Source: a virus (taxonomy: Duplodnaviria; Caudoviricetes). Taken from it: a DNA stretch of 51,959 bases. The DNA lies in IMG/VR virus record IMGVR_UViG_3300035670_000293, positions 1-51,959 of that record. One strand, written 5' to 3'. Under the pieces are notes generated by a model. That model was not told the origin of the DNA. It was given only the letters and a program-made list of their open reading frames with translations, and made no database searches. The position numbers and the translations under genes were made by a program. This document shows, in pieces, positions 30,101 to 40,712 of this stretch (position 1 is its first letter; the number at the start of each line of letters is the position of its first letter).

Positions 30101-33100
30101 CGCGCCATTACGCAGCCAGGCCGGCGCAGGAATCGGGTTCACCTGAATGTCCTGCTCAAGATCAGCCAGCATCTTGCGCTTCTTCGCAAGGTCAGCTTCG
30201 CGTGCAAACGGGGCGTTTGAAGCCTCTTCCATGCGCGGAATGCTTCCTTCCTTATCGGCAATGCCCGCCGTCAGATCGTCAATGCGCTTCTTGAGTCCGT
30301 ACAGCGTGGCACGGGCACTGGCAACAGATGGGCTGCCCATGCCATAGTCCAGTTCGCCATCAATGTAATACTCCATGTCGCGCCATGCGACTGACTTGAC
30401 CGCCTTGATGCTGAAGCCCCAGATGTTGGCAATCTCTTTGGGGTCTGCGCCAACTTCAATGCCATTCACCTCGCGCTGCATCTGCGCGTTGGCCGCATCA
30501 ATATCGGTGAAGGACTTCTTGCCGATCTTCACGACCAGATCATTTTTGGCCACTGCGCGGAACTTGTCGTTATCCCGTGCAATGCGCTCGATCATCGTGC
30601 GGTCGCTTTCGATCTGGCGCTTCAGGCTGCCAATGCGCTGCACTGCGTCGTAAATGCCCTGCGCGTGCATGCGCTCCTTGTTTTCCAGCTTATCAACATC
30701 TGCCTTCAGCTTGTTGATCATCAACAGGCGCGGATCGCCTGCGGCATCCGACAGCGTAGAACCAAAATCGCCTTCTTCATCCAGGCTGACTGCATCCCCT
30801 TCAATCACACGCACAGAGTCGTCCGCCTGCATGAAGGCCTTGATAAAGCGAGACTTGATTGAAAGCACCTGCCAGCGGCGTCCATCAATGCGTTCCGTGA
30901 TGTAGCGGTACTCAAGCACGGTATTCCACTTGTTGCCCTGCCGGTGGCCGCGACCATTCCGCTGTTCAAGCTCACCCGGCATCCAGGGGGCGTCCATGTG
31001 GTGCATGGCGCGCAGGTTCTCCTGCATGTTGACGCCCACGCCAAGCGTGTCGGTCTGACCAATCACCACACGAATCTTGGACGCATTCATGGCGTCGGCA
31101 ATGTCCTTGCGCTTATCCTTGCTGACGCCGCCATCCACAATGGCAATCTCATGTGCCGGAATGCCTTGCGCCTCCAGCTTGGCCATGATGTCCTTGACCA
31201 GATTGAAGCGCGGCTTCTTGGTGACAACATCCTTGCCGGTATGGTGATCTTTCTTGCGGCTCACCGACTCATCGGTATAGCCCTTGTCTACAAAAATGAC
31301 CTGGGTAGACTGCGGATGCTCGTTGTAATGCTGCATCACATTCTTCACCACGCGGTTCACCTTGTTATTCGGTGTGTCGCTGGCTTCAATGTCAAAGAGT
31401 CGAATATCAAGACCCGCGTTCGAGGCGGCAGTTTCAACCAATACCGGGCTACGGTTGTCGCCCATAAGCATGATTTCCCTGCGCTCTTTCTTGCTTGCGG
31501 CCTTGAATGATGCGGCCCGCCGTTTCAGTTCCTCAAACACAGAAGACTGCTCCGGCGCCATTTCAGACACATCGTTGATGACCTTCTTGTATGGCCTGCC
31601 CATCGGGGCTTCTGTGCGACCATTGACCAGTTCGCTCTTTTCAGTGTCAGTCAGATCATCGCTGGCCAGCGTCTTGCCGGTTGCCGTTTCGCGTGGTTTG
31701 AATTCAGGCATGTCATCGGCAAACACAATGTCCATGTACTGACCAACCATGTGGCGAAGCTCTGGCACATTCACGAAAGCAGCCAGGCGTGTCACCGGCT
31801 CGTATTCGCCTGCCGCCGTCAGTTCAACATCGCTGGTTGAGTCGGCAAAGGTATTGAACCAGGCATCCCATTCACGCACACCGTCACGCGCCATCTGGTC
31901 ATCCATGACATACCGCATCATGTTGTAGATTTCATTGATGGTGTTGGTAATCGGCGTGCCTGTGAACAAATGAACACCCGTGCCACCATTCAGGCGCTTG
32001 ACGTAATCCGTCAGGAACATGAGGCTGATGGATTGGTTGCTGGGCTGCTTGTTCAAGCCCTTCATGCTCATGCGTGTAGCCAAGGGTGGCTTCTTGAATT
32101 CATGGGCCTCATCGACAATGATCATGTCAACGCCCATGTCCTCAAACGACACCGCACCCTCTTTCGAGGACTTCAACGCCATTTCCTTGATCTTCTTGAT
32201 GATCTGATTGCGCTGATGAACAAGCTGCTTGGCAGTCACGCTACGCAATTTCTTGATTGCGTCCTCGTTGTCCATGTCCTCAATGCTCAGGCCAACACCG
32301 TCTTCATTCGCGGCCTCAAGCGCCTCCTGCTCAAGCGCGTGAATCTGGTCGCGTGAGATTTCCATCAAGGTTTCTTCCTTGAGGGTTAGCCGGTTGATAA
32401 GCGAGTGCGGCATGACAATCAAATCCCAGTCGTCATGCGCAACCTGTCGCAGCGTCACGGCAATGCGCGCAGGCGCCAGATTGTCGATATAAAGCACTTT
32501 CGCGCCCGGATATTGCTCGTTGATCTCACGGGCTACACTGGCACTGTTGGCGTTGTGTGCGAGCAAGAGCGGTTTCTTGGCAATGCCATAACGGCGCGAC
32601 TCAATCGCCAGCGCGCCCATGGTGTACGTCTTGCCGGTGCCAACCTCATGCGCATTGATGCCACGGCGATTCACAAGGCCGCGATAGACGGCATTGGCCT
32701 GATGGCTGCGCATGCTGAAAGGCGTGTCGCCACGCTGCAATGCCATCCCTTCAAAACCAAGGAACGATCCATCAAACTTTGCATCTGCAATGGCGTTCAT
32801 GATCTCGTTGTAGGTGCGCTCAAGTTCTATCTTGCGCACTGGGTCTTGCCACACCCAGTCAGAAAACGCCTCACGAATCTTGTTGGCCTTCTCGTTGGCC
32901 TCTGCGCTGGCAGTTTCATCGACCTGCCTGTTGCCGTCTGCGTCCCGGTACCAAATCTTTACAGCCACGTTGCCAATGGCATGCGTCAAGAGGCTGTCAA
33001 AACGGATGGACGGATGCCCCCATGATGTCGTGGCTTCAGGCCGGCGATTCAGCGTGGGGTCATAGAACCGCACCTTCCAGCGGTTGACGATGAAACGAAC

Positions 33101-36100
33101 GTCAATGTCATTGCTTTCCTTGCCAAGCAAATACCCCACGAACTGGCGGTAATACGACGGCTGAATCCAGGTCGCACCCATCTTGGCTTCGATGTTGTAG
33201 TACGGCGTATCCTTCGGAACCACCCCTTTCAGCGCCTCAATGTTGCGCGCCATGTCCACGCCTTCTTCTGCGGCAGCCTCGGCTTCGCGCAGTTTGCGCC
33301 GGACATTGCCTGATAGGTACACGTCCGATACCTCAAACGTGCCCTCCGGCGTCATAAATAGCGCGCCTGCCTCAACCAGTTCCTTCGCGGCTTGGTTTTC
33401 GGTTACGCCTGCAAGCTCGGCAATGCGTGCCATATCAATTCGCGTAGACTCATTGCGCGCCAGCACCAGCGCATCCCGCACGCTCGGGTTTTCCAGCTTC
33501 TTCTTGGCACGAATAGTAGGCCGGCGCAAAATGGCCGCAGGGTTGCCGTTGTTGTCCTCAAGTGCCGCCAAAGAAGCATAGAACGGGTCTTCAACCTTCT
33601 TGATAATGGACAGGCCAAAACTCTCACGAACCGGCCCGTACTTGCCAACAAAGTCATCGTAGGCCGATTTCAGCGCCTTGCGCTTATCCTCAAGTCCTTC
33701 ACTGCCATCGCGCTCGGCGTCAATCAGGTCTCCATACTTGCGGCGCATCTCTACCAAACGGCGAATCTGGTCTTCGCGTTCGGCTGTCTTGTTGGCGTCC
33801 TTGATCTTGTATTTCGTAACCTCATTCAGCGGAGCAAGATACTCGCCCTGAACCTGGAACAACTCGCCGTCGCGATCAATGATGGACTGCTGGCGGTCGC
33901 TGGTGTTGTTGGTGACATACTGAATTGTCTTGGCGCCAGTCGTTGCCGGCATGAAGATGCCAGATGGCAACAGGCCTGGCAGGGCCGCCATGCGCGCTTC
34001 CAGATCGGCTGGGCGCTGCACAATCATGGAGGGTCGCCCATAGGTTGAGCCATGCCCAAAATCAAGCGTGCCAAGCACATACCCAGGCAGCTTGGCAAAG
34101 TATTCATTGACCTTGACCTTCTGACCTGAAGGCGTACCCACATCCGTTGTGTTCAGCCACCCGGAATTGCGCAAATCAGCATTCGGCGTGTCGCGCTTCT
34201 TCAAGATGATGATGTCCGTTACAACAGACGTGCCTGCGTATTTCTCGAACGCACCAGACGGCAAGCGGAATGCGGCCACCAGATCAGCCTTCTCCGCCAA
34301 TGCGGCGCGTGTAAGCGTGCCTTGCTTATCCATGGTGCCGGCAGATGTAATGCCCACAACCAAGCCGCCCGGTCGGGTTTGATCCAACGCCTTCAGGAAG
34401 AAGAAGTCATGCAAGGATGGCGAGAGCTTCAGGTAACGGCGGTCTGCCGGCCCATCCTTCGCAAACGGCCAGTTGCCAATAACAAGATCGTAAAACCCGT
34501 CTGCCGTTCTGCTGTCCTGATACGGTTTGATCTGGATGTTTGCCTCGGGGTACAGCAATTTCGCCATGCCGCCCGTGGTTGTTTCCATCTCGATACCGGT
34601 CAACTGGCTACTTGCCATCAGGTCACGCGGCATCAAGCCAAAGAAGTTGCCCACCCCCATTGAAGGCTCAAGCACGCGCCCACCGGTAAAGCCAAGTTGG
34701 CGCACCATGTCCCACATGGTGGATACGGTAATCGGGTCTGTATAGTGGGCATTGATGATAGAGGCCTGCGCGCTCTCCCAGCCTTCCTTTCCAAGATGCT
34801 CACGCAGCCAGGCCGATTCATTCTGCCAGCCGTCCTTCGGGCGTGGCGCGTCATACGTTCCCTGGAACAACTCCTGACCAAACGAACCCCAGCCAATGTA
34901 ACCGGCCATGGCATCCAGTTCGTCTTGTGTCGGCTGCCGCCCTTCTGACGTGATGGATTGGTACGCCTCAATTGCTTTTTTGTTGCGAGCAAAACGCACC
35001 TTTGGCGTTCCGCCAATCAACTGCTCCGGGTCTTTGATGTGATAGTTGGCCCGAAGCGGGTTTACATCGGGTACTTGGTCTCCCACGGGTACGGACGCTC
35101 TATCGGCTGTTCCGTCTCGTCCTCCGGCTCCAGCATCAGCCATTCCATCTCGGCCTGCTCCCTGGCGTCCGTCGGCGGCATCCCCGCCCGCTCGTACCTG
35201 TCCATCGCCTCCCACATTGCCGCCTGTACCACCAGCGCCAAGTCGTCCTGAATCCCCTGCGCCGTCAGCCTCGCCCACATCTTGGGCCGAAGCAGGCGCC
35301 ACGCCGTCTTGATCCGCTTGTCCAGAACGAGGTTGATTATCACGTCCTCGTTGTCCCGGATCGCCTGCGCCTTGCTCTTGATCTGACTCGGGTTGTCTTG
35401 CATTTGATTCTCCTGTTTCTTTCAGAATAGCATCCACATCCGCCGCTTCAACCTCTGCCGCAGCCGACAGGCCATCAAAATCTGCGGCCCGTGGGTCGTA
35501 TTTCACGCCCATATACCACGACTTCAAATAGGGCTTCACTACGTCGCCAAGGTCTTCAATCATCGCCTTGGCGTAGGCGGCAAACGTGCGAGCGCCGGCT
35601 TCTATATGGTAGCCCGCCAGGGTAATGCCGGCCTGCATGATCTCCGGGTCAATGCCGGCGTTCAACTGGCCCAGCTTCTTCTTCAGCAGGGCGCGTGCAG
35701 CCGCAGCGGCGTCTTCGGTAAATACCTTGTTGGCAGAAGGCTTGGGCGCCTCTATCAGTTCCTGCTGTCCGTTCGCTATCGCCTGGTCAACTGGCCGGTT
35801 ACTACCCACCAGATTGAAGTCATCCAGCATGGCATCTGCCGCTTCCTTGTTGCGGGCGTCGCGTTCACGCTTCGCACGCGCATCGGCCTCGGCGCGAATC
35901 TGCTCAGGCGTTTGTCCCTCTAGCGCGAAGCCTTGATCTTGCGCTCCAGGCTGGCCATCTGCTGCTTCAGCTTGACCAATTCCATTACCTTGGCCCTGCG
36001 CTCCGGGGGCAGCTTGTCTAGCTCCGCCTTCAGCGCCTTCAGCCTGTCCATCTGCTCCGTCTTCAGCGACATCAAAATCCCCTTTGTCATAACCCATCAC

Positions 36101-36898
36101 CATCGCCGCTTCATCCAGCGACAATCCATTGTAATCCTGCCGCTCATATACCGCGTCCAGTTCGGCATTGATCTTGTTGGCAAGCTCAACATCGGCGCGT
36201 TCAGCCTCGGCTTCGCGGGCTTCAACCTCTCCACGCAGTTTGTCGCGCTGCGCCTCAAGTTGCTTGATTCCTGCACGCTTGCCAGGCGTTCCGCCCATTG
36301 CCTCAATTTCTTCCCGCAGAGCGTCTTTCTGCCTGTCCGCTTCCTCGCGCATCATGGTGGCTTGCTGACCAGCCAGGTTCAGCACCGGGCGACCGGTAAT
36401 GGCTTCCTGGATCATTTCAACGAGATGGGAGGCGCCGTCGTCCGTTTCATCGTTATTGATCAAAAACCCATCATCCCGTAGCTCGTTTGCCAGATCGTCC
36501 AGCCCCTTGCCATTGCTGGAAAACAAACCGGGAATCGGCGAAACAGATTCGCCCGTCACGTCACGGATGTACTTTGTATTGATGCCGCCCAGTTGCTTGA
36601 TGCGCTGAATCAGGTTGTTCGATGCTTTTTTCTTGGGGCCAGAAGCAACAACGCCGGCAGGAGCCGGCGTCTGTTCGGGTGTTTGCGCAGGTCGTAGCTT
36701 CCCGCCTGCCTTCTCAATCTGCGACACAATATCGTTGCGTTCACCCGTCAGGCGCTCAAGGTAATCCGAAACCGCACGGGTGGCCGCTGTGCGCGCATCG
36801 TCACCGTCGTTCTTGTTCTCTTCGGTCGATCCGCGAAGGATGGCGGCTTCATGTTCGGAAATACCCAGTTTCTTCAAGCAGCTTGAAAGCGTACCCAT
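21143..36898 (-). CDS. giant (5251 aa) DarB-like polyvalent virion protein: N6-adenine MTase, SNF2 helicase, JAB/RadC, ART-like domains, MuF-C-like, zincin-like motif, LPD38-like C-terminus
   Basis: [10 protein letters not shown] and IGNWPF (~34.5 kb); [23 protein letters not shown] (32.6-30.9 kb); HNHPSG..S..D (~29.45 kb); [17 protein letters not shown] (~28.8 kb); [24 protein letters not shown] (~26.5 kb); HEIGVH (~25.9 kb). Confidence 0.9.
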   Translation of the reverse strand: MGTLSSCLKKLGISEHEAAILRGSTEENKNDGDDARTAATRAVSDYLERLTGERNDIVSQIEKAGGKLRPAQTPEQTPAPAGVVASGPKKKASNNLIQRIKQLGGINTKYIRDVTGESVSPIPGLFSSNGKGLDDLANELRDDGFLINNDETDDGASHLVEMIQEAITGRPVLNLAGQQATMMREEADRQKDALREEIEAMGGTPGKRAGIKQLEAQRDKLRGEVEAREAEAERADVELANKINAELDAVYERQDYNGLSLDEAAMVMGYDKGDFDVAEDGADGQAEGAEGGARQAAPGAQGQGNGIGQAEAADGQPGAQDQGFALEGQTPEQIRAEADARAKRERDARNKEAADAMLDDFNLVGSNRPVDQAIANGQQELIEAPKPSANKVFTEDAAAAARALLKKKLGQLNAGIDPEIMQAGITLAGYHIEAGARTFAAYAKAMIEDLGDVVKPYLKSWYMGVKYDPRAADFDGLSAAAEVEAADVDAILKETGESNARQPESDQEQGAGDPGQRGRDNQPRSGQADQDGVAPASAQDVGEADGAGDSGRLGAGGTGGNVGGDGQVRAGGDAADGRQGAGRDGMADAGAGGRDGTADRASVPVGDQVPDVNPLRANYHIKDPEQLIGGTPKVRFARNKKAIEAYQSITSEGRQPTQDELDAMAGYIGWGSFGQELFQGTYDAPRPKDGWQNESAWLREHLGKEGWESAQASIINAHYTDPITVSTMWDMVRQLGFTGGRVLEPSMGVGNFFGLMPRDLMASSQLTGIEMETTTGGMAKLLYPEANIQIKPYQDSRTADGFYDLVIGNWPFAKDGPADRRYLKLSPSLHDFFFLKALDQTRPGGLVVGITSAGTMDKQGTLTRAALAEKADLVAAFRLPSGAFEKYAGTSVVTDIIILKKRDTPNADLRNSGWLNTTDVGTPSGQKVKVNEYFAKLPGYVLGTLDFGHGSTYGRPSMIVQRPADLEARMAALPGLLPSGIFMPATTGAKTIQYVTNNTSDRQQSIIDRDGELFQVQGEYLAPLNEVTKYKIKDANKTAEREDQIRRLVEMRRKYGDLIDAERDGSEGLEDKRKALKSAYDDFVGKYGPVRESFGLSIIKKVEDPFYASLAALEDNNGNPAAILRRPTIRAKKKLENPSVRDALVLARNESTRIDMARIAELAGVTENQAAKELVEAGALFMTPEGTFEVSDVYLSGNVRRKLREAEAAAEEGVDMARNIEALKGVVPKDTPYYNIEAKMGATWIQPSYYRQFVGYLLGKESNDIDVRFIVNRWKVRFYDPTLNRRPEATTSWGHPSIRFDSLLTHAIGNVAVKIWYRDADGNRQVDETASAEANEKANKIREAFSDWVWQDPVRKIELERTYNEIMNAIADAKFDGSFLGFEGMALQRGDTPFSMRSHQANAVYRGLVNRRGINAHEVGTGKTYTMGALAIESRRYGIAKKPLLLAHNANSASVAREINEQYPGAKVLYIDNLAPARIAVTLRQVAHDDWDLIVMPHSLINRLTLKEETLMEISRDQIHALEQEALEAANEDGVGLSIEDMDNEDAIKKLRSVTAKQLVHQRNQIIKKIKEMALKSSKEGAVSFEDMGVDMIIVDEAHEFKKPPLATRMSMKGLNKQPSNQSISLMFLTDYVKRLNGGTGVHLFTGTPITNTINEIYNMMRYVMDDQMARDGVREWDAWFNTFADSTSDVELTAAGEYEPVTRLAAFVNVPELRHMVGQYMDIVFADDMPEFKPRETATGKTLASDDLTDTEKSELVNGRTEAPMGRPYKKVINDVSEMAPEQSSVFEELKRRAASFKAASKKERREIMLMGDNRSPVLVETAASNAGLDIRLFDIEASDTPNNKVNRVVKNVMQHYNEHPQSTQVIFVDKGYTDESVSRKKDHHTGKDVVTKKPRFNLVKDIMAKLEAQGIPAHEIAIVDGGVSKDKRKDIADAMNASKIRVVIGQTDTLGVGVNMQENLRAMHHMDAPWMPGELEQRNGRGHRQGNKWNTVLEYRYITERIDGRRWQVLSIKSRFIKAFMQADDSVRVIEGDAVSLDEEGDFGSTLSDAAGDPRLLMINKLKADVDKLENKERMHAQGIYDAVQRIGSLKRQIESDRTMIERIARDNDKFRAVAKNDLVVKIGKKSFTDIDAANAQMQREVNGIEVGADPKEIANIWGFSIKAVKSVAWRDMEYYIDGELDYGMGSPSVASARATLYGLKKRIDDLTAGIADKEGSIPRMEEASNAPFAREADLAKKRKMLADLEQDIQVNPIPAPAWLRNGAPINTEVFVGGKPVIVEGHRNTKEGMFVTVSDENGVRDVPYLDVNDENGLPKYEEDRGAASSVQEPVADYTHGNQDPYATLETRPDTTEGQTEVGRVALAAAERRIFGRIRAAGTDGSLLGSRISSEFRDAGGFSIVGQKVESSSDLAILGQVYRDPRFETFRVFYVGDDGRIMAQSGFSSRLPATVYVPNDLPSQIETGLRQHGASGYWIMHNHPSGSSRESVADIDLTQSLMNAVPGFKGHVIIDHNEFTQLLPNGDGTMDPETIEAEWLNSINLRDNSEVPHKLLGEYMVKSDETARIAKQLQNEKGYMAIVGRNADGTVSFIMDMPVPAADMTGREKLRMLANLRRMARETGSTDLLAAVPGSLDAHPSLIASGLFLDVVSMDDGASAFDSGLLKRGELPETKSERRGASYVAQPVWHGTPHVWAPEPGFPNGRPRLDMIGTGEGAQAYGWGFYSAQAQGVGAGYQKTLTNRAGVTVKKGYGNNTSNWFLIDANNALAGGPFSTKKQAESMIQKGSLYQLDIPDDVLPYLLDFDAPIKKQSPAVLAALGIKQTTDLKGVPESVARDIEFVRDTLKTESVISKGFGSLDVNTRSAVVDSVSNASKNNKILDSIVGLIPVDVMDFLSRRKITPEMLFHDKAMLSNLLAVKENDFVASSIKGAIFSLADELTGSAAMVDSAGSGPAIVTEELDPANRANISIKHVPILRGLGQNATAKDMYFALSAELGSDKAASEYLASIGIVGNRYLDGNSRATKLAVNGEIVSGKDAVAAHYLKLWGDRISRIEIELRADGSVKKADREYVLGKVKEWASSGANVSEKMEGGTSNFVIWDQPTLDRVALLERNGEKLNAMREDEGVMYSRSGSDNRFSPSGHHGYLSSIKKALVGMTSDVNRIRSIAGSSSFKVMDVPAVIRNVIAKDGSKPFKRLDDGIWGSGSSIASKATDTHAASYHGETVSNDVVINLPNLLADPIAIFSSEGGMNSGSYRIVVPGAVVAIEPKGKQGYVMTVHPLNETSVKRWSENGLLHYYDDTNEKTTEQARNGQFATLNTVVDVSMAVQVAEGKGRTVVTKSHIRGLPDVALSLRSAASSTTPHTVSTLKSAIDQAEGNGFADRLIGTGNFEIITSGQVDGILTGGEAFSKAALPDTINVDGIDRPTTNSNGQPIHPTEEGIRNFWRWFGDSRVVDAEGRPLVVYHGAPDVRGIFAEGFKARSRGNVWFAAADRSVADSYALDYRASDYQNAEPQTIPLYIRASNPMIIDAKGAHWRDTEHHVEAAQIGQYDGIIIRNSVDYYNNPPKGRGKATTVYAWFDPTQAKSAVDGVLNSRVDLSHMGLGRTRPIEGATGNQGTFSPTNPDIRYSADGSRILAFVKNGKVYLVADNIDQNADSVPGLLRHEIGVHALQLNRSDSEFKAILGEVDRMVARGDTAAVAARKAVPDDTPAHLISEETLGYLVEHHPELSIVQRFQAWLKNAIRNMAGKLKGAERLKLVKWANNLTPEDVAWMAGQALKTAPDRMGQAKRDGDFMSDRDRFFSPLIKAFQSAPDRIFGQPAKQVLLWLQSNKAKLGLKDDEIQWSGITDYLNLRGKEKVTKAEVLDYLNGNGVTVQDVVKGAGTAEMQEEISADDVLVERAGAQWYLESPEGRNTYVSAERIASEQEAKEFGARYFNSHIRENNRVAKRDADDTKFSGYWDQSFKGGIEGTYREILVTLPDAVAKQKGVSDYTVPSAHRYGSRADDVNRLVHVRLDEVTGADGKRYVRVGEIQSDWGQEGRDKGFGEKATPSKLDAVYAGKGIVSKWYVYPKSRSEDAAPYIGKLVEAVTKEDAIAKAHVFRIGKNDKGEFLGAATSAAPFVTDTRAWVALGIKRAILHAIDVGADGIVFGTGQQNADLYDLSKQVDRVAVTPTGGVWVVTAWKDGASVLSKDARNESELAEIVGKDLAERAISENGGDYSGLDLRVGGEGMRKFYDSIVPSVANEVLRKLSPGTKVESKQIHNVKNPTKFLEVETDLTVADISEPQPGFTIPDSMREKIRQSGMPLFSKQTPPPGGVSASRGRHVPTLDIPEETAVQASRRVVQDSFLRFQVVQDYLNKTVGADIRFDDRNVYEAELRSHGRMAARISDFRRFVMTPLVERVHKAGFTMEDVAAFLHAEHAPERNAHLFKINPALVDSQGRPNGAGGMTDDEAAQIIAAFKAAPNYGEMVKLAGEFRDISSQAKEMLHAAGIVSTDRVNAWSKAFQKYVPLRGGPDNNVWRGTGKGKSVNAKPELKRTLGHGYRDEWIIENIFGQYERAVILSEKNEIFQHLYRLAGAQPFEELWTVDQPEKMAVLRKGATTHVVYYKGAPIKSFATQSEAETYKSLAHSLHKHNKSDYTIHPSYGDDFVSYIPSSIAQPYEAIGYINGERVRIQLNDPLLAQAYNNLEMAELGFVMRQFRDLNNTLSLMYTGLNPAFIIVNIERDLSTGLINTMGEYGTVIAAKMLTKYPVSFYRAMAFEVAGHSSPIMDRYRRNGGSTGVGMLSDMERLRKDAQSAYDHAIGFRLFKGNPAKMSKVMLEKGVSAAFAIVRWVNAGAENAMRIAAFTTLIEEGYSENEAINWAKRITVNFNKQGEQGQNIKAAYLFANPAIQGATTTGQVLFGGRHKYQAWSAAFGLAMLGYLAASQWGGDDEDKEEVQEYEKQRNFLIKMNDLVAKVAIPYGYGFFSDIGRYAKEMQDGASADDVAYKLASSFMANFLPFNPLGDEPDYNTAMVELMPFEPIKWAVGIGLNNTGFGDRKIYPDDKFDEGKPDSAQMWRSTRGTVYEDISTYLNEATGGTATQRGGIDIHPDVIKWMFGNLTGGVGTFISGTGSAAYKSMQGTSPELSEIPVVRNFIRERHMPRNAKNAAHEAYANLNAFVDDYERAKKYQDEAGLNKFTLTEANVDSAKELLKEYQAFNRAHNDALEAFYSVDNFTERLNGIRQQELDGMPAYREHRKQMVEALKALQQN
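26907..27000 (+). ncRNA. putative embedded antisense sRNA unit
   Basis: TTGCCT-17bp-CATACT, then ACCACCG...CGGTGGT hairpin followed by a T-run. Confidence 0.5.
27955..27989 (+). promoter_or_regulatory. promoter/operator of the nested HNH gene
   Basis: TTGCGT-16bp-TAAAAT, 6 nt before the ATG; perfect inverted repeat TGTCCCAA/TTGGGACA flanking the -10. Confidence 0.6.
27989..28471 (+). CDS. HNH endonuclease with N-terminal Zn finger and C-terminal HTH, nested antisense in the giant ORF
   Basis: CPVCG..CSRAC; GYK...[35 protein letters not shown]...HAVHH; [20 protein letters not shown]. Confidence 0.9.
   Translation: MLNRYICPVCGVEFFRDYRGSRASAIHHCSRACQFIGQRKDSTLDAAGYKIIFLNGKKVREHRFVMEQHLGRNLAPGEEVHHINGDKADNRIENLVVLTRVAHAVHHRRSCIDIERAKSLRYNGFSFQRIADELNVSRNALWHAFKVRGLLDTKRGKYSG
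35062..35403 (-). CDS. nested out-of-frame hypothetical protein (113 aa)
   Basis: AGGAG-7nt-ATG; upstream TTGAAG-16bp-(TGc)TATTCT; globular composition while the host frame is G/A/D/R low-complexity. Confidence 0.7.
   Translation of the reverse strand: MQDNPSQIKSKAQAIRDNEDVIINLVLDKRIKTAWRLLRPKMWARLTAQGIQDDLALVVQAAMWEAMDRYERAGMPPTDAREQAEMEWLMLEPEDETEQPIERPYPWETKYPM
35920..36072 (-). CDS. nested out-of-frame helical peptide (50 aa)
   Basis: AAGGGG RBS; [50 protein letters not shown]. Confidence 0.5.
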   Translation of the reverse strand: MSLKTEQMDRLKALKAELDKLPPERRAKVMELVKLKQQMASLERKIKASR

Positions 36899-37116
36899 TA
36901 GAGGCTCCTGAAAAGCGTAAATACGGTGATGAACTCGATGAAGTCTTCATCAAGATCGTCAATTTTGCGTTTGCGTGTCTTCGACCTGAAGCCCATACCC
37001 TCTTCGGCCAGGGTAATCACTTCTGTCGTGGGCGGCATTTCCCAAAGGCCAAGGCGCGCAGAGATTGAGGGGATGTAACCGATGCCCAGCGTTGCAATTG
37101 CACGCGGGTTAAGCAC
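36898..37116 (-). CDS. hypothetical protein
   Basis: Coupled between neighbouring genes. Confidence 0.55.
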   Translation of the reverse strand: MLNPRAIATLGIGYIPSISARLGLWEMPPTTEVITLAEEGMGFRSKTRKRKIDDLDEDFIEFITVFTLFRSL

Positions 37117-37789
37117 GGGTAACCGTCACCACGCCATTGGATTCCGCCAGCGCCATCACAATGTCGCCAAAGGTGATGGTCGATTGCCCGGTAACCAGCG
37201 GCTTGGTTGGATCAAGGCCAAGGCGCCCCCAGACTTCGGCCAGTCGATTGATGTCGTCCGACAGGCTTGACCGCACTGCCGTCGCGTTCTCTGCGGCGGT
37301 TGGGATAGATTGTGTCAATGTCCGCGCTGCCGCCTCCCATACCGCTGCGGCGGTCTGCTCCGGCGTCAAGGCCGTGCCCGTCACCACGTTCTGGTAAGAA
37401 ACTGCGCTGTTGACCAGCGACGACACGGTGGCGGGATAGATGGGCGTCTGCGCATCGGTCGACCAGTACGCCGTGGGGTAGTCCTCTGAGAACAGCACGC
37501 CGGCCACGGCGACGGCGTTGGCGTCGTAGCAGAGTTTCCAGCCGTTCATCAGGAAGAACGAGACGCCGGTTTCACCACTCGGGATCGGGTCCGCCCCAGA
37601 AAAACGCATTGCCTGGTGCGCCCATGGCTCCAGCTCAGTCCAGCGCACCCAGGCGGAGTACACGTCCTGTCGCAGATCAAGGCTGGTCACATCCGCGTTG
37701 ACGTTGATAGTACGGGCCTGCCCATTGAACGTGACTTTCCCGTCTTCTGCCCAGATGTCTCCAAACGCCGCCCAGGTTGTCAGCGACAT
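37109..37789 (-). CDS. hypothetical virion-associated protein
   Basis: GAGGT RBS; N-terminal LDLRQDVYSAW loosely resembles the N-terminus of 39175..40542. Confidence 0.65.
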   Translation of the reverse strand: MSLTTWAAFGDIWAEDGKVTFNGQARTINVNADVTSLDLRQDVYSAWVRWTELEPWAHQAMRFSGADPIPSGETGVSFFLMNGWKLCYDANAVAVAGVLFSEDYPTAYWSTDAQTPIYPATVSSLVNSAVSYQNVVTGTALTPEQTAAAVWEAAARTLTQSIPTAAENATAVRSSLSDDINRLAEVWGRLGLDPTKPLVTGQSTITFGDIVMALAESNGVVTVTRA

Positions 37790-37793
37790 GCGC

Positions 37794-39164
37794 TTACCTC
37801 AGTTCAGCGTACTGCAAACCGCCCACAATGGTCGGGGTGCCACTGACCAGGCTGGCTACCAGCGTGACATAAATCGCCTCCGAGCCATCTGCGTCAATGT
37901 CGATGCCGAAGTCGTGCTTGTCGAAGATTTCGCACAAATCAAGGCTGTGGCTACCGGCGTCCAGGTACCACGTCTTGGGGCGATACATCCCGCTCGGGTC
38001 TGTCAACGTGCCCGTAGTGCTGGCGACAACCGAAGTGCCGTTATCGCCCCAGGTCGGGCTGGTTAGCGTCAGGTAATCCCAGTAGATTTCCAGCTTAACG
38101 GTGCCGCCAGACACAAAGCAGTCGATATGCTCAGGGTAGCTGGTCACGGCGTTATGCTTGCCGTTGAACAAGTCAGGTGCCTTCAGGCTTATCAGGTGGT
38201 GGTTGTTGCCGGTAATGGTGGCCTGGGGGAACTCATGCACGGCCCGCCAGTAGGTGTAGTTGATTTCACCTTCTGAATGCACGGACACGCACGTCAGGCG
38301 CATGGACGCGGCATTGCCTGTAGCCGCCACGTTCTCAATCTCGGCTCGCACGGTCAGGCTACCCATCTGCATGTAGGGGTAGTTGTTGTGGTTGGCGTTC
38401 AGCATGGTGTGGCAGACGATACGATTGCCAAACTCGTCAATCACGCCGAAACGAACCCGGCCAGCGCCAAGCCACTGGAAGTCGATCCAGTAGATATTCA
38501 TCTTGGACGGGTCAAGCACAAAGCCGGATAAGCCAGTACCGTCTACCTTGTCACCATTCCAGTTTGCCTGTGCCACCCAGTTGGTAACAGGGCTACCGCT
38601 GACGGAACTACGCTGCCCAACCACCAGCACGTTGTCCTCACGCAGCTTGAAGAAGAGGCCGTTGTGGTCGTCAATAGCACCCCATCGGCGGCGGCAACCC
38701 GTTGTGCTGGAGTCAGACAGCGCCACGGTGAACATGTACAGGTTGCTGGTGCCAGGGTAGTAGTAGTGGTGATGGTTGGTGGTCATCACCGCCTTGTCAC
38801 CGGATGCAGTGCCTACCGCAAGCTGCATTGTGGAGGCATCCGACAAGTAGGTAATGCTGCCGCCACCGGTCTCCTGGTAGCTCCAGTAGTCAGATTCGTC
38901 GTCGGAAACGAAGTCGTAGGTGCCGATGCACTTGCGGTTACTGACCTTCAGGTTACCGAAGGCGTCCGATAACGGCGAGCCTTCCGAGAAGCGCACGCTG
39001 GCCGCGCCGCGCTCGTCCACGCGCTGGATGTACTCCGGGAAATCGGGGTCGGAGGCGTGCATGACCTGGACCTGAACATCCGCGCCAGCGACACTGTGCT
39101 GTACGGTGTAATACCGCTTGCCCGTGGAGTCCGGGGGAACCCGGACGAAGCTGTTGGTTCCCAT
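37794..39164 (-). CDS. beta-rich putative virion structural protein
   Basis: AAGGAG RBS; RRWG...GLFF...IDFQWLGAGRVRFG. Confidence 0.7.
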   Translation of the reverse strand: MGTNSFVRVPPDSTGKRYYTVQHSVAGADVQVQVMHASDPDFPEYIQRVDERGAASVRFSEGSPLSDAFGNLKVSNRKCIGTYDFVSDDESDYWSYQETGGGSITYLSDASTMQLAVGTASGDKAVMTTNHHHYYYPGTSNLYMFTVALSDSSTTGCRRRWGAIDDHNGLFFKLREDNVLVVGQRSSVSGSPVTNWVAQANWNGDKVDGTGLSGFVLDPSKMNIYWIDFQWLGAGRVRFGVIDEFGNRIVCHTMLNANHNNYPYMQMGSLTVRAEIENVAATGNAASMRLTCVSVHSEGEINYTYWRAVHEFPQATITGNNHHLISLKAPDLFNGKHNAVTSYPEHIDCFVSGGTVKLEIYWDYLTLTSPTWGDNGTSVVASTTGTLTDPSGMYRPKTWYLDAGSHSLDLCEIFDKHDFGIDIDADGSEAIYVTLVASLVSGTPTIVGGLQYAELR

Positions 39165-39174
39165 GTGCTACTCC

Positions 39175-40542
39175 TTAAGCGACGTAAGCGCGGTCCTGTT
39201 CGGCAGACAGCGAGATCGGGTTGGATTTGCTGCGGCCAATCACACCCGTTTGAACCACGGGTTTGGCGATACCCTTGTTACCGGCTACCACCGTCACCGC
39301 AACGTCACCGCCTGGGCTGGTAAACACCGAGCGACCGCCCTGCGTGTTGGTATCGTAGGCAAAGGTGTAGTTGATCTCTGCGCCGGTGATCGTGCCCGCA
39401 ATCGGGTTGCCGTCCTTGTCGTTCAAGGTGATCGCCGTGGCCGTGCCGTAGTCGTCCGTACCCGTCACCGAGTCGGTGATGTACATCCGGTAGTAACCCG
39501 TACCACCTTGCGTCAGGTAGGAGTTGAACTGGAGCTTACCGGCAGCGGCGTAGTTGTACGAACGCGGCACACCGTTCTGGTCGATGAAGTAGACGTTGTT
39601 GATGTAGGCCGGGTCGATGTTCTCGATGAACACAGACTGCTTGCAATACAAGTCAGGACCAACGAAGTACATCAGGTCGTCTGCGGTCGCACCCGTCACC
39701 GATCCCGCGTCGCCGGCGGTATTGATGTTGCTGTTCTGGCGAAGCAGATACTGGACCTTGGTGTAAATCTCTTGCAGCGTGCCGTTGTTACCCTCAACGA
39801 TGATTCGGAACGGAAAGTCGTCACCCACCGTATTGAGGTCTTTCAACTGGTTGGTGCTGTAGTAGCTGACGTTGATCCCGGTGTAGGGGGCAACACCGAT
39901 GCCCGCATCCGCAACGAGTACGTCCAAGTCATCTTCATTGGAAAGCAGCACGTTAACCGTGTAAGCACCCGTAGCCGTTTGACCGGTATCCGCAAGCGTT
40001 GATGCCTTGTACTTCTTCTGCTCTTCACGCACGAAGGCTTTGAAGAAGGTGCGCTTATCAATACCGCCGTCTTCAAATACCAAGATACCTTCGTTGACTT
40101 CGTCATCAAAAGTGAAGTCCGTAGGAGCATCAATAGCTGCACGTTGGTAGTAGAGCTGTGCGCCGGTATTCACATCACCCAGTGAGACGATGCCCACGTA
40201 GGTACGGTCAAGCGTGCCGTTGGCGAGGTACTCGTTCCAGCCACCGTCACGGAGCATCTGGCGCGTGGTGTCGTCCAACGGAACCCAACCGTTGTAGGAG
40301 CCGCCGTCGAAGCCGAAGTTGAACTGACCGGACTTCGCGTCAATGACATACATTGGGAACGGGTACTTGTTGTACGCTGAGGTTTCCCACAGTTTGATGA
40401 ACTTGGAGTACAACGCTTGCAGCGTCACGCCATCCTTGGCGATGAGGTTGCCTGTTGCAACAAGCTGAATAGTCTTGTTCGCGGTATCGAGAACAAGCTC
40501 CGTGCCTACGTTAAGGTCGTCACCGTCGATGATCTTAGCCAT
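39175..40542 (-). CDS. putative virion structural protein
   Basis: GGAG RBS; DGVTLQALYSKFIKLW...YPFPM. Confidence 0.7.
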   Translation of the reverse strand: MAKIIDGDDLNVGTELVLDTANKTIQLVATGNLIAKDGVTLQALYSKFIKLWETSAYNKYPFPMYVIDAKSGQFNFGFDGGSYNGWVPLDDTTRQMLRDGGWNEYLANGTLDRTYVGIVSLGDVNTGAQLYYQRAAIDAPTDFTFDDEVNEGILVFEDGGIDKRTFFKAFVREEQKKYKASTLADTGQTATGAYTVNVLLSNEDDLDVLVADAGIGVAPYTGINVSYYSTNQLKDLNTVGDDFPFRIIVEGNNGTLQEIYTKVQYLLRQNSNINTAGDAGSVTGATADDLMYFVGPDLYCKQSVFIENIDPAYINNVYFIDQNGVPRSYNYAAAGKLQFNSYLTQGGTGYYRMYITDSVTGTDDYGTATAITLNDKDGNPIAGTITGAEINYTFAYDTNTQGGRSVFTSPGGDVAVTVVAGNKGIAKPVVQTGVIGRSKSNPISLSAEQDRAYVA

Positions 40543-40547
40543 ACGAA

Positions 40548-40712
40548 TTACTCCAGAATGATGATGTAGTTACTGTTCGCAATAACGCGGTCGCCATGCA
40601 GGCGAACAGCGACCTGCATCTTCTCGCCATTGGCGAAAATGATAGGGTTAGTGGTTTCGTCAACCTCTTCCCCAATGTGCTTCTTGTCCGTACTGTCGAT
40701 AATCTTTTTCAT
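40548..40712 (-). CDS. hypothetical protein (54 aa)
   Basis: Manual: MKKIIDSTDKKHIGEEVDE...ANSNYIIILE; ATGA coupling. Confidence 0.55.
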   Translation of the reverse strand: MKKIIDSTDKKHIGEEVDETTNPIIFANGEKMQVAVRLHGDRVIANSNYIIILE

